DNA from: Malacoraja senta
Taxonomy: Eukaryota
NCBI GenBank assembly: GCA_038087875.1
Contig: CM075988.1
Coordinates: 558,001 to 622,000 of the forward strand
Direction of reading: 5' to 3'
DNA length: 64,000 nt
Shown here one piece after another: positions 1 to 13,293 of this stretch. A program made the translations under genes and the position numbers. Every line of letters begins with the position of its first letter. Within the stretch, counting starts at the first letter, position 1. The notes beneath the pieces were generated by a model. It saw nothing but the letters and a program-made list of their open reading frames with translations. It ran no database searches and was not told where the DNA came from.

Positions 1-2964
1 AGCCACAAGGGCCACATCTAACTCCCTCTTAAATATAGCCAATGAACTGGCGTCAACTACCCTCTGTGGCAGAGAGTTCCAGAGATTCACCACTCTCTGT
101 GTGAAAAAGTTTTTCCTCATCTCGGTCTTAAAGGATTTCCCCCTTATCCTTAAGCTGTGACCCCTTGTCCTGGACTTCCCCAACATCGGGAACAATCTTC
201 CTGCATCTAGCCTGTCCAACCCCATAAGAATTTTGTACGTTTCTATAAGATCCCCTCTCAATCTCCTAAATTCTAGCGAGTATAAGCCAAGTCTATCCAG
301 TCTTTCTTCATATGAAAGTCCTGACATCCCAGGAATCAGTCTGGTGAACTTTCTCTGCACTCCCTCTATGGCTATAATGTCCTTCCTCAGATTTGGAGAC
401 CAAAACTGTACGCAATACTCCAGGTGTGGTCGCACCAAGACCCTGTACAACTGCAGTAGAACCTCCCTGCTCCTATACTCAAATCCTCTTGCTATGAAGG
501 CCAACATACCATTCGCTTTCTTCACTGCCTGCTGCACCTGCATGCCTACTTTCAATGACTGGTGTACCATGACACCCAGGTCTCGCTGCACCTCCCCATT
601 TCCTAATCGGCCACCATTTAGATAATAGTCTGCCTTCCCGTTTTTGCCACCAAAGTGGATAACCTCACATTTATCCACATTATACTGCATCTGCCAAACA
701 TTTGCCCACTCACCCAGCCTATCCAAGTCACCTTGCAGTCTCCTAGCATCCTCCTCACAGCTAACACTGCCCCCCAGCTTAGTGTCATCCGCAAACTTGG
801 AGATGTTGCTTTCAATTCCCTCGTCCAGATCATTAATATAAATTGTAAATAGCTGGGGTCCCAGCACTGAGCCTTGCGGTACCCCACTAGTCACTGCCTG
901 CCATTGTGAAAAGGACCCGTTTACTCCTACTCTTTGCTTCCTGTTTGCCAGCCAGTTCTCTATCCACATCAATACTGAACCCCCAATACCATGTGATTTA
1001 AGTTTGTATCCTAATCTCTTATGTGGTACCTTGTCGAAAGCCTTCTGAAAGTCCAGATACAACACATCCACTGGTTCTCCCCTATCCACTCTACTAGTTA
1101 CATCCTCGAAAAATTCTATAAGATTCGTCAGACACGATTTACCTTTCGTAAATCCATGCTGACTTTGTCCAATGATTTCACCACTTTCCAAATGTGCTGC
1201 TATCCCATCTTTAATAACTGACTCTAGCAGTTTCCCCACTACCGATGTTAGACTAACTGGTCTGTAATTCCCCGTTTTCTCTCTCCCTCCCTTCTTAAAA
1301 AGTGGGGTTACGTTTGCTACCCTCCAATCCTCAGGAACTACTCCAGAATCTAAAGAATTTTGAAAAATTATCACTAATGCATCCACTATTTCTGGAGCTA
1401 CTTCCTTAAGTCCTCTGGGATGCAGCCTATCTGGCCCTGGTGATTTATCGGCCTTTAATCCATTCAATTTACCCAACACCACTTCCCGACTAACCTGGAT
1501 TTCACTCAGTTCCTCCATCTCCTTTGACCCGCGGCCCCCTGCTATTTCCGGCAGATTATTTATGTCTTCCTTAGTGAAGACGGAACCAAAGTAGTTATTC
1601 AATTGGTCCGCCATATCCTTGTTCCCCATGATCAATTCACCTGTTTCTGACTGCAAGGGACCTACATTTGTTTTAACTAATCTCTTTCTCTTCACATATC
1701 TATAAAAACTTTTGCAGTCAGTTTTTATGTTCCCTGCCAGTTTCCTTTCATAATCTATTTTCCCTTTCCTAATTAAGCCCTTTGTCCTCCTCTGCTGGTC
1801 TCTGAATTTCTCCCAGTCCTCTGGTATGCTGCTTTTTCTGGCTAATTTGTACGCAACATCTTTTGCTTTGATACTATCCCTGATTTCCCTTGTTATCCAC
1901 GGATGCACTACCTTCCCTGATTTATTCTTTTGCCAAACTGGGATGAACATTTTTTGTAGTTCATCCATGCAGTCTTTAAATGCCTTCCATTGCATATCCA
2001 CCGTCAACCCTTTTAGAACTAATTGCCAGTCAATCTTGGCCAATTCACGTCTCATATCCTCAAAGTTACCTTTCTTTAAGTTCAGAACCGTTGTTTCTGA
2101 ATTAACAATGTCACTCTCCATCCTAATGAAGAACTCAACCATATTATGGTCACTCTTGCCCAAGGGGGCACACACAACAAGTCTGCTAACTAACCCTTCC
2201 TCATTACTCAATACCCAGTCTAGAATAGCCTGCTCTCTCGTTGGTTCCTCTACATGTTGGTTTAGATAACTATCCCTCATACATTCCAAGAAATCCTCTT
2301 CCTCAGCACCCCTGCCAATTTGATTCACCCAATCTATATGTAGATTGAAGTCACCCATTATAACTGTTTTGCCTTTGTTGCACGCATTTCTAATTTCCTG
2401 TTTGATGCCATCCCCAACTTCACTACTACTGCTAGGTGGCCTGTACACAACACCCACCAGCGTTTTCTGCCCCTTAGTATTTCGTAGCTCTACCCATACC
2501 GATTCCACATCCTCCAAGCTAATGTCCTTCCTTTCCACTGCGTTAATCTCCTCTCTAACCAGCAATGCTACCCCACCTCCTTTTCCTTTCTCTCTATCCC
2601 TCCTGAATATTGAATATCCCTGGATGTTCAGCTCCCAGCCTTGGTCACCCTGGAGCCATGTCTCCGTGATCCCAACTATATCATAATCATTAATTGCTAT
2701 CTGCACGTTCAACTCATCGACCTTATTACGAATGCTCCTTGCATTGAGACACAAAGCCTTCAGGCTTGTTTTTACAACGCTCTTACCCCATATACAATTA
2801 TGTTGGAAAGTGGCTGTTTTTGATTTTTGCCCTGGATTTGTCTGCCTGCCACTTTTACTTTTCACCTTGCTACCTATTGCTTCCGCCCGCATTTTGCACC
2901 CCTCTGTTTCTCTGCTCACCCATTTAAGAACCCCACCACCTCTTATTCTCTGTTTATTATTGTT
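1..2964 (-). mobile_element. CR1-clade LINE (family A), ORF2 endonuclease+RT region, frameshifted, 5' truncated
   Basis: Near-identical to the CR1 at 14531-17590, whose ORFs show QHGF..KSCLTNL, GVPQGSVLGP and FADD motifs; 3' end runs off the window start. Confidence 0.93.
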
Positions 2965-5093
2965 GATCCAATAACAAGGGATCATTAATGAAAGTTTTAG
3001 GAACATTTATGGCCTAAAGCTTATTGCTCTTATATGCAAAGTTTGCATGCTTAGGTATAGATTGACACTACGGAATAGAACGTATGGTTTGAGTGGTATA
3101 AGTCAGTATCTTGTAATAGACTGGCTAATGTGATCTGGATCTGGTGTTTACCAGAAATATTTGGTTGGCAATCTACCTACGAGGTAGATTCAATATAGTT
3201 GAAGACTCAAGGTCATGTAAATCAATGATAATACAGAATGGATGTTGGATCGTGACAAATTTAATAATATTGTTCCACGATTGATGACTTGTTTGTATCC
3301 AGACTTAACCACCAATTACCTAAATATATTTCATGGAACCTGATACTGGGGCAGTAGCGGTGGATGTTTCTCGCTGCATTGGGGTAGAATGTTTGTATAC
3401 ATTTTCTCCATTTGTCTCATTTTAACAGTATATACAGAAGAGCAAACAGGATTCCGCTTCGGGAATATTGGTGGTACCAGATTGGATCTACAAAACCATG
3501 GTACCCTCAGGTGTTAAAAATGATCACAAAGCCTCTTATGATTCCCAAACAGAATTAATCTGTTTGTGTACTCTATAACTGATGGTTCACATCCTTTACA
3601 TAATCATATTGGTTTGTTGATTTACAGATTTTAAGGAGTGCCATATATCGGAAGAGGACTATTACTTTGTACTGTGGATATTATTGCAACCTGGAGGGAT
3701 ATTACCCAGAAGTAGTACATTTCTTACATAAGGATATGGGATATGTTTTGCTTAAGCAGTATATTACATATCACACTATAGACAGATCAGTAGTGTTAGA
3801 GTTTCTGTAACCTCTTTATTTTATTAGCAGTTAAGCTATAGTGCTATGAATACTGCAAGGAGTGCCTTTACTGAATATCTATGGAGGAATCAGAATAAAA
3901 TGTTGTAGGGTTACACCCTTTGGTCTGCAGATTTATGAAAGGAATTTTCAATTCTAAAACTTCTTAGACACAGGTATACAATAATCTGGAACGTAAGAGA
4001 TATGTTATGTTGTTTTTTTGTTAATGGACTCCTATTACAGTGCTGTCCTTGGCTTGAATTACCATTAAGGAAGTCAAGCTCAGGGCACTGGTTTTAGCAC
4101 AGAAAGTGCAAACATTGCAGAAACTACGAATAGACATGATGGAAAGAGCAACAGATACTATTGTGTTCTATGTCTATGAATTGCTTAAACAGAGTAGACC
4201 TGGGATCACAGGATGTAAGTTGGGGTTTTCAGCATATCCTATGGATCCACGTCTATGTGTGGTATCACATTTACAATGTTAGATTGAAGCCACCAGAACC
4301 TTAAAGAGGTTCAGTATCAGTATTTTATTAGCCATAAATAGCTGCATAAGAAAGTGTCAGTTCAGACTATTTCAAGATGGCTGAAGCAGGTGTTGCTTGA
4401 TGCAGGTATTGATACTGACAAATTTAAATCTTATTTCACCAGGGCACCGTCAACATTGGCGGCCAAGGAATTGGACGTTCCAATAGAACATATCCTCGCG
4501 GCTGCAGGCATAAGTGAAAGAATTTCACAAGTATTACCATAAGGATATTATAATACCTGTGGTTATTTGGTGGTGCTATTTTGGATTTAGTATTAAATAT
4601 TCCTCTTGTGATAAAGGGGTTACTATTATGGTGATAAATTAACCATTAACTGGTTACATCCATGTTGTGGTTGTGCATTGTTGATTGTTTTACTTATTTA
4701 GAGTCAATCAATGCAGTGAGCGCCTGGATTTGAATCTACAGCGTGAAATCACAGAGCTTTGAAATCTTCACGTAGTCACTCAGGTGACTCCGAAGTAAAA
4801 TAGTAACATTAAACGAGAACGTACCAGTTTGAAGTTTGATCTTTATTTTATGAGGAGTTACGTTGAGGGATTACGTGCCCTCCGTTCCCACCCTCATAAA
4901 GATCAAGCTGGTAGTTCTAGTCTGTACGTATCTTACTATCATACTTCAGTAATTGTTGTCTGTGATTTCACTCCGCTGCTTTGAAGATTGACGTGTGTGC
5001 GGTTTGACGGGTTCTTCACGTAGTCCCTCAACGTAACTCCTCATAAAATAAAGATCAAACTTCAAACTGGTAAGTTCTCGTTTAATCTTACTA
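2965..5093 (+). mobile_element. Degenerate DIRS-like (tyrosine recombinase) retrotransposon, 3' half
   Basis: PDW..KPWYP remnant near 3480; ORF 4354-4542 TISRWLKQVL..AGID....FTRA..ILAAAG parallels the YR at 23822-24097; 3' terminal structure matches 23308-23660. Confidence 0.88.
4790..5093. repeat. DIRS internal complementary region / terminal inverted repeat
   Basis: ~4801-4877 is the reverse complement of ~5017-5093; circle-junction sequence ccgaagtaaaatagtaa at 4790. Confidence 0.88.
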
Positions 5094-5169
5094 TGAAATA
5101 CTACTAGTACTGCTACTAAAATTACTGCTATGATATTACTGTTACTATTACGATTTAGACAAATAAATG

Positions 5170-6040
5170 TATCTTATATCTTTGTGGATGAGCATGTGGA
5201 AGGCATGTTTAGTAAGAGTGCAGACAACACAAAAATGGGTGGCATCGTACATAGCGAAGATGATGAACAACATTTACAGAAGGATCTTGATCAGTTCAGC
5301 AAGTGGGTTACCGAATGGTTAGTAGAACTTAATGACGTTAAGTGCAAGGCGTGCATTTTGGGAAGTCCAACTCGTGCAGGAGTTTCACAGGGCTTTGGGC
5401 AGTGTTAAGAAGCAGATGGATCTAGGAGTGCAGGTACATCGTTCCTTGAAAGTTATGTCGCAGGTAAATAGGGTGGTCAGGACAGATTTAAAAACATTGG
5501 CCTTCATTGAGTATTGAGTATTGACTGGCATGTTAAGTTTGTACCATAAATTGGTGATTTTAGTGTATTATGTTCCGTTTTGGACACCGTGGTATAGGAA
5601 ATATGTTGTTGTATGTGGAAAGAGTACCAAGATAATTTCCAGGACTTGAGGGCCTTTACTATAGGGACAGGGTGGTCAGGCTAGAAATGTATTCCTTTGA
5701 GCGCCGGCGGATTAGGGGTTAGAAGATTACGAGGCTGATAGATGAGGTGCATGTACAAAGTCTTTATCCCAGACTCAGGGAATCAAGAACCAAAGGACAC
5801 AGATAAAGGTGGCCAGGGAAAGATTTAATATTAACTGGGAAAACCTGTTCACACAGAATGTGGTAGGTGTGTGGAACAAGCTGCCATGCGAGGATTTTGA
5901 ACACATAAAAGACAATTGGACAGGTACATAGATAGAAAATGTTTACACGGGCAGGTGGCACAAGTGTAAATTGGGCATTGTGGTCAGAGTCGACCAATTG
6001 GCTGGTGGCTCTGTTTCCATGTGTATGGCTCTATAAATCT
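5170..6040 (+). mobile_element. Old degenerate CR1 3' fragment
   Basis: SKSADNTKMGG...LQKDLD and DLGVQVHRSLKV remnants of the RT C-terminal region. Confidence 0.75.
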
Positions 6041-6530
6041 ACTCATTACTAAAACTGCTATTACTTGTACTAGTATCGCCGCTACTGCTGCTGCTGCTAC
6101 AAAACTACCATTACTACTGTTACTACTACTAATATTAAAATAACAACTACTACTACAACTAATAGTACCACTACTACTACTGCTACGACTATTACTATTA
6201 ATACCACGTCTACATTTACGACTAACATTGCAACGACTATTGCTTATAATGTTGCTACGACTACAGCTGTGGTTGCATCTGCTTCCACGACCACTACTAA
6301 CACAATTGATACTACCATTATTATTATTCCGACTACCACCGCTATTACACTCCTACTATTGCTACTACCACGCCAACTGCATCTAATACTACATTACTAC
6401 TAAAACCTCATATTAGCACTATGTTTACTACTAATACTACTGAGAATGAATAGTGTTGACAGTAACAACAAGAATAAATATTAGTACTAGCATTATTATT
6501 ACAATTATTATTATTATTGATATTACTTAT
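6040..6530. repeat. Degenerate (TAC/ACT)n low-complexity tract
   Basis: Imperfect tac/act/att triplet runs. Confidence 0.85.
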
Positions 6531-6577
6531 TTTGTTCTTGTTTCCATCTCCATAGATGCTGCCTGACGCATTGAATG

Positions 6578-8215
6578 TAGAAACATAGAAACATAGAAAT
6601 ATAGAGAGTAGGTGCAGGAGTAGGCCATTCGGCCCCTTGAGCCAGCACCGCCATTCAATATGATCATGGCTGATCATCCAGAATCAGTACCCTGTTCCTG
6701 CTTTTTCCCCATATCCCTTGATTCCATTAACCCTAAGAGCTATATTTAACTCTCTCTTGAATACATCCAGTGAATTGGCCTCCACTGCCTTCTGTGGCAG
6801 AGAATTCCACAGATTCACAATTCTCTGGGTGAAAAAGTGTTTCCGCTTCTCAGTCTTAAATGTTCTGATTAACATGTCCTGGTTCTGGACTAACCCAACA
6901 TCGGGAAATTTTTTCCTGCATCTTGCCAGCCCAATCCCTTAAGGATTTTAGATGTTCCCATAAGTTTGCCTCTCATCCTTCTAAATTCCATTGAATATAA
7001 ACCCAGTCGATCCATTCTTTCATAAATGTCAGTCTTGCCATCCCGGGAATTAAGCTGGTGAACCTACGCTGCACTCCCTCAATAGCAAGGATGTCCTTCC
7101 TCAAATTAGGAGACCGAAACTGCACACCATACTCCAGGTGCGGTCTCACCCAGGTTCTTTGCAACTGTAATAGGACCTGCTTGCTCCTATACTCAAATCC
7201 TCTCGCTGTGAAGGCCAACATGCCATTAGCTTTCTTCACTGCCTGCGGTACCTGCATGCTTACTTTCAGTCACTGATGTACAAGCACATCCAGGTCTCGT
7301 TGCACCTCCCCTTTTCCTAATCTGACACCATTCAGGTAACAATCTGCCTTCTTGTTCTTGTCACCAAAGTGAATAACCTCTCATTTATCCACATTATACT
7401 GCATCTGCCATGCATCTGCCCACTCAGCCAACCTATCCAAGTTACCCTGCATCCTCATAGCATCCTCTTCACAGTTCACACTGCCACCCAGCTTTGTGTC
7501 ATTCACAAACTTGGAGAGGTTACATTTAATTCCTGGGGTCCCAGCACTGAGCCTTGTGGCACCCCACTAGTCAATGCCTTCCATTCTGAAAATGACCCGT
7601 TAATTCCTACTCTTTGTTTCCTGTCTGCCAACCAGTTCTCTATCCATGTCAATACCCTACCCCCAATAGCATGTGCTCTAATTTTGCACACTAATCTCTT
7701 GTGTGGGACCTAGCCAAAGGCTTTTTGAAAGTCCAGATACACCACATCCACTGGCTCTTCCTTATCCAATCTACTTGTTACAGCTTCAAAAAATTCCAGA
7801 ATATTAGTCAAGCATGATTTCCCCTTCATAAATCCATGCTGAGTTTGACCGATCCTGTCACTGCTTTCCAAATGCACCGCTATTACATATTTAATAATCC
7901 ACTCAAGCATCTTCCTCACCACCGATGTCAGGCTAACTGGTCTATAATTCTCTGTTTTGTCTCTCCCTCCTTTCTTAAAAAGTGGGATTACATTTGCTAC
8001 CCTCTAGTCCGCAGGAACTGATCACGAGTCTGTAGAACATTGGAAAATGATCAAAAATGCATCCACAATTCCTTGAGTACTCTGGGATGCAGACCAACAG
8101 GTCCTGGCGATCTATCTGCCTTTAGTCTCAACAGTTTACCCAACACCATTTCATGACTAATGTGAATTTCCTTCAGTTTCTCCATCACGCTAGATCCTCA
8201 GTCCCCATGTATTTC
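6578..8215 (-). mobile_element. CR1 LINE fragment with (TAGAAACA)n tail
   Basis: Minus-strand ORFs QHGFMKGKSCLTN, GVPQGSVLGP, RPHLEY; tail tagaaacatagaaacatagaaa at 6578. Confidence 0.92.
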
Positions 8216-8599
8216 TGGCGAATGTATTTCCTAATCGGCATTTTTTGTTCAATTTTCTACAAAACCTTGATTCTTCAATTAAACGCAAAACTTTAATTGC
8301 GTTAGACATATTTTCATCGTAATGCTGCACTATATATTTTGCTGCGATTGTAAATATGATTTTTACGACAAACCTGAGAAATGTGAAGTATCTTGGCGCT
8401 TGGATGTTTGTTCAGCGAGGTCGTGTGAAATGGAGGTGCCCCCTGGATCACGAAAGTGCTCCTCGGGTCCCATGCAGCCTGGGATGACCAGGAATAAACA
8501 GCTGGGACAGTAAAATACAGGAATCCCTGCTTCCTTTCTGATTTCCATGTAACCTAAAGTTTACCATAATTTCAGTCTTTGGGCTGGTTCTATTACGTT

Positions 8600-9371
8600 T
8601 CTCAAGCAGGGGAACAACATTACCTACAATCTACTCCTCTATGAACCTACATTGCAGTCATAGAGGATCCATAGATCCCTGTCAAGTCCCTGGAAGTCTC
8701 CCATATTCCCTCTCCTGATAGCATGGGGTGCATCCCATTGCCCCCTGGGAATATATCCATCCAGTTGTCCACCAAGAGCTACAAATCATCGTCTTTCCTG
8801 GAACCAACATACCCTTGAATATCAACAGGCCGCCATCCTGATCGCGGTATACTCCTTGTACTGCTCCTTGTTGACTGCCGATATAAAATAATCATTCAGC
8901 ACCTCGCCCACTTCCTCAGGCTCCAGGCATAATTTTGTAGCATTGCCCGCCAGTGGTCATATCATCTATATCATTACACACTTTTTTCAATGACTGTGTA
9001 GAAAGGCTTGGGATTCACTTTAATCCTATTTGTTACAGATGGTCCAGTGTCCCTTCTAGTCTTCCTCATAACATGTTTAATTTCTCTGCTGCTTCTTTCA
9101 CATTCCACAAAGGCTCTCATTCCAGATTTTTAACCTGTAGTTCACTGACCATGCAACTATCTATCCCTTTTATCTTTAGATTGTTCAGATAACTGGCCTC
9201 CACACACCCCGCGTGGGGATTACATAATATCACAAACTTCGGATGCATTTCAGATTTAAATGATCACCCCTCTCCATGGAGCTATTTCTCTCGATTGTTC
9301 CGATTTGGGAAAACTTCTCAACATCTACCCAGTCATGACACCTGAGAAACTCAGATGGTGCAATAAGAACA
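8600..9371 (-). mobile_element. Highly decayed CR1 fragments
   Basis: RIKVNPKPFYT remnant near 9000-9025 and DWVDVEKF...RGDHLNLK near 9250-9335 on the minus strand. Confidence 0.5.
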
Positions 9372-9637
9372 TCTAAAACCCTTGTGCAGATGAGGCGTCG
9401 AAGGACGAGAAGCCGAAGCGAAGAAGTGGAAGCCAAGATACCGAACGGAAACGACGCTGAAAAGCCAAATAACCGAACAGACACGACCCCGCGTCCATCA
9501 CGTCACTGGCCGGGGGAGACGAGAGGGTGGGGGGGTTTTTAATTTTCCTTCACTGCTTTTCGACCGCCAAAGGTCATAGAGCGGATTATTTTTGTAAGCG
9601 TTGATCTACCACGTTGCTTGGGGTTAAGAGGCTGGAA

Positions 9638-9753
9638 TCTCTCTCTCTACCTCTCTCTCTTCTCTATCTCCCCTCCTTCTCCCCCACTCTCTCTCCCTCC
9701 CCTTGTCTATCTGTCTATCTATCTGTCTATTTGTGTATCTGTCTGTCTGTCTT

Positions 9754-9792
<39 letters not shown>

Positions 9793-9935
9793 CTCCGTCC
9801 GTCCGTCCGTCCGTCCCTCCCTCCCTCCCTCCGTCCCGTCCGTCCCGTCCGTCCCGTCCGTCCATCCGTCCATCCATCCATCCATCCATCCATCCATCCA
9901 TCCATCCATCCATCCATCTATCTATCTATCTATCC
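9638..9935. repeat. Compound microsatellite (CT, TCTG, TCCG, TCCA, TCTA)
   Basis: Directly visible tandem di- and tetranucleotide runs. Confidence 0.97.
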
Positions 9936-10740
9936 TGTATGGGCGCCGTCCTGTATGGGTATGGCTGCCCAGCCTGCAGCTGTCAGTTTTTTTCACTCCT
10001 TTTTTTATTTTTAGTTAGTTAAAGTGTTTTTGTTCTGGAGCTCTAGTCTTTTTTATGTTGGGGGGGGGTAGGGGGAAACTGCATTTCAGGGTCCCCACCT
10101 GGTCGGGGAGGCTGCTTTTCTCCGGGCAGCACCTCCTACCCGTCCTCGCGGCCTACCAGCGGGCCTGGAGCGGCGTCTCCTGTCGGGACCGGCCAGATCG
10201 TCGGCTTCGGCGGCGGCACAGCGCTGGAGCGCTATCGCGGAGCGGGCGATGCCTTGCCCGGTGAGCTGACGACCGCCGAGAAAAACATCGGTCTGTAGTC
10301 TGTGGAGCGGCCAGCCGCGGGCGGCGGCGCTGAACTTTACAACGGCAGCCTGGGGTCTCTCGGCGAGATCGCCAGTAGTGGAGCTCCATCCGGCGCGGCC
10401 TGTCGGCTTCGGAAGCCGCGGTCTCGAGTAAGGAGGCGGCCGTTCCAGGTTTCCCATGCTGCTGTGAGGTTTCTCCCGACGCCGGAGCACCGTCATCCGG
10501 CGAGGACGGCCTGGAATATCGGGCCTCCGTAAAGGCGACTGCGGAGGCCAAAATAGGCCTGACTATGGGTGGATATGGGGATGGGGACTGGACTTTGTGC
10601 CTTCCCTCATAATGGTAACCATTGTGGGGGGATGTTTTTAATGTTAAAATTTCTTTATCATTGTCATGTCTGTATTCTTTTTTATGTGCTGCATTGGCAA
10701 TAATCATTTCACTAATGTGACTAATAAAGAACCTCTGAAC
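9936..10740 (+). mobile_element. GC-rich non-coding SINE-like retroposon with LINE-like 3' tail
   Basis: Shares ggcctgact..gggtg..ggggactggac.ttgtgcctt..cattgtgggggga with 26945-27065; ends catttcact...gtgactaataaa. Confidence 0.6.
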
Positions 10741-10741
10741 A

Positions 10742-10793
<52 letters not shown>

Positions 10794-10860
10794 GCGCGTT
10801 CTCTCGCGCTCTCTCTCTCTCTCTCCCTCTCCTCCCCCTCTCACTCTCTCTTCTCCCCCT
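10742..10860. repeat. (CT)n microsatellite
   Basis: Visible CT run. Confidence 0.95.
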
Positions 10861-11315
10861 GGTTTGGACTGATGGTGGGTTGGGAGAGGCGGAGTGCCTG
10901 CTGTCCATATGCTTTCTGTAAGAGCAGTCGATTTACTGCCATTGTCTATGTTTCTTTTGACAACCACTTAAAGTCTATGGTCTCCAGTTCTCGTCTACTT
11001 TATTTTCGGATGCGCAAGTGTATTGAGGTACAGGAACAATGAGAAACTTGCGTGCAGCAGCATCGCAGACACACATAGACAACACACAAAAGCATAAATT
11101 ATACATAAATTGTACAAGACAGTGAAAAGAAAAATACTGTTCAATGTAATCAAAATATTAGAACAAACACCCCAAACTCCAGTGCAACCCATTCCACCTT
11201 AATCCCTCTGCCCGTGATGATTTGGAACCAAATCTCCTCTCAGCCTTCGCTCCTCCTAAAAGACATTCTCCAGCATTGCAACCAAAGTTCCAGGTCGCGG
11301 GGCTGTTCTAAGAAA

Positions 11316-11525
11316 TAGACACAAAATGCTGGAGTAACTCAGTCGGTTCAGGCAGCATCCCCGTAGAGAAAGAATGGGTGATGTTTCAGGTCGAGACCCT
11401 TCTTCAGACCGAAGAAGGGGCTTGATCCGAAACGTGACCCATTCCTTCTCTCCAGAGATGCTGCCTGTCCCGCTGAGTTACTCCAGCAATTTGCGTCTAC
11501 CTTCGTGGTAAACCAGCATCTTCCA
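11316..11525. ncRNA. Head-to-head palindrome of two hammerhead-motif (Penelope pLTR-like) units
   Basis: Minus arm CTGAAGA-agggtctcgacct-GAAAC; plus arm ccgaaga-aggggcttgatcc-GAAAC; both followed by gatgctgcc..ctgagttactccagca. Confidence 0.6.
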
Positions 11526-12466
11526 GTTCCTTCCAACACTGTCCTAGTAAATCTTGTCTGCGCTCTCTGCCGTGCTTTCGCATCGTATAGTGCAGTGCCC
11601 AATATCCAAGCCTTAATGAAACCAATGTTTTAACAAAGTTCAACTCAACCTCCTTGCCTTTGTACCCTGCACCGTCAGTTACAAACCCGTGCAAATGGAT
11701 GGCATTGTTGATACTGCATATTTTTTTACAATTTCCCCATCACTATGAGTGTATTTCCTATTGGAAAGCAGAATATAGTTGATGCGGTCGGTTAGATCAG
11801 ACGAGAGCTGGTTCCGAAATTAGTTTAATTTCATCCAATGTATTTGATAAAGGTTTTCTCTACAATTGCCCCCCTTTTCCAACCCGATGGATATCACCGA
11901 GCGCAAAACGACCAGTACTGTCATATTACTGAACCGACTCAGGGAGGTAAGATATTCTTTAAAAAAACAGTAATATTTTTTCGTCTGGTTTCTCGATTCA
12001 CAGCCAAAGGACCACTGGCCTTCAAGATGCACGGTAGTTTATGCATTGTGGTAGTCAAAATATAATTGTTACAGCGTTACTGTTGGTGTAAATATCTATG
12101 GAACCAATTTGGATTATCATTTTGTTAAATCAACCGAAAGTTCCAATCACACAGAGTTTTATTTTATATTCAGGAATGTCCAAAAGGGGCGAAGGAAAAT
12201 AAAAAATTCCCCCCACCCTCTCGTCTCCCCCAGCCAGTGATGTGATGGTCGCGGGGGTCTGGACCAATCGCTGACAAGGTCTCGGACAAATCACGTCCCT
12301 GAAGACGTCATGTCCGTTATTTGGCTTTTCCGCGTCGCGTCCATTCGGTTATTTGGCTTTTCGGCATCACGTCCGTTCGGTTATTTGGCTTCTCGGTGTC
12401 ATTTCTGTTTGGTATATTGGCTCCCACTTTTTCGTTTCGGCTTCTTGTCCGGGTACCTCTAAAACC

Positions 12467-13200
12467 GACATAATTCTGCTTCAATAGCTTTACTGTTCAC
12501 CAATCTATCCTGGGTTTTCTCTGATGCTTCTATCTTTTCCGCTGAACACGAGTTGAAAAAGTGTAGACCGTACTCCAGGAGCGGCCTCGACATCTGAGGC
12601 AGCTGAGTAAATATTTACCTATTTCTAATCTCCAAACCCCTTGCAAGATGTGACAATATTTAACCGCCTTCCTAAAATATTGGCACTTCAGCCCGCGATC
12701 TTTCTGTGGTCTCATGCAGTAGGACACCTCGTTCCCACAATATCTAACTCAGGTGGAATCTCTTTCTATTTAGATAACAATTAATTGTATTTGACGGCTG
12801 CTGCTTAACTGCCCAGGTTTCGGTCACTGACTTATTTTAATCCAATTTCAGTCAGAATATTATTATTGCAGGATGATTTTCAAATGTTGCCGTGTTATCG
12901 ATAAATCGGCACCATGTCCCCTTCTCGCAGTTAGTAATATAGACAGTAAATAAGCGAGGACCAAGAAATGAATGTCGGGATGCTCCAGAAGCCAAATTCT
13001 CACAGCCTGAGAAGGACTCGTTCACACCTAAACTTTGCCCTCTGTGCGATAGCTACTCTTCAATCCATGTGAACACATATCTCTCTGTATCCTGCATTGT
13101 TGCACTGGGCACCATTGTGTCATGTGACAGTTTCCTACATGCATCCTGAGTAGGCAATTGCATTCAGTTATAGATTCCGTACTACTCAAAAGTGCTCTTG
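12467..13200 (-). mobile_element. Highly decayed CR1 fragment
   Basis: Minus-strand MSRPLLEYGLHF...EKTQDR resembles CR1 VRPILEYGVQF...ERVQRR. Confidence 0.45.
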
Positions 13201-13293
13201 GAAAAAGTTACAATAAATGTGCCAAACATATTTCTTTCATAAGGCAAAGACGTTTACATCATTTGATTAGATTAAGCTTTTCTGAATACAGTC

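Larger units (their letters stand above)
9381..12457. mobile_element. Non-autonomous TIR DNA element carrying secondary insertions
   Basis: ~9402-9560 is an imperfect inverted repeat of ~12185-12450; flanked by the direct repeat TCTAAAACC (9372-9380, 12458-12466). Confidence 0.65.

Noticed and set aside
233..2974. Plus-strand ORFs up to 147 aa, also at 15017-18150 and 31205-33574
   Set aside because: Antisense shadows of CR1 ORFs, recurring in each copy.
6040..6420. Thr-rich mucin-like coding potential
   Set aside because: Degenerate triplet repeat with no supported ORF or splice context.
9614..10967. ORFs with PSIH, DGWM and RERE repeats
   Set aside because: Translations of microsatellites and a GC-rich SINE-like element.
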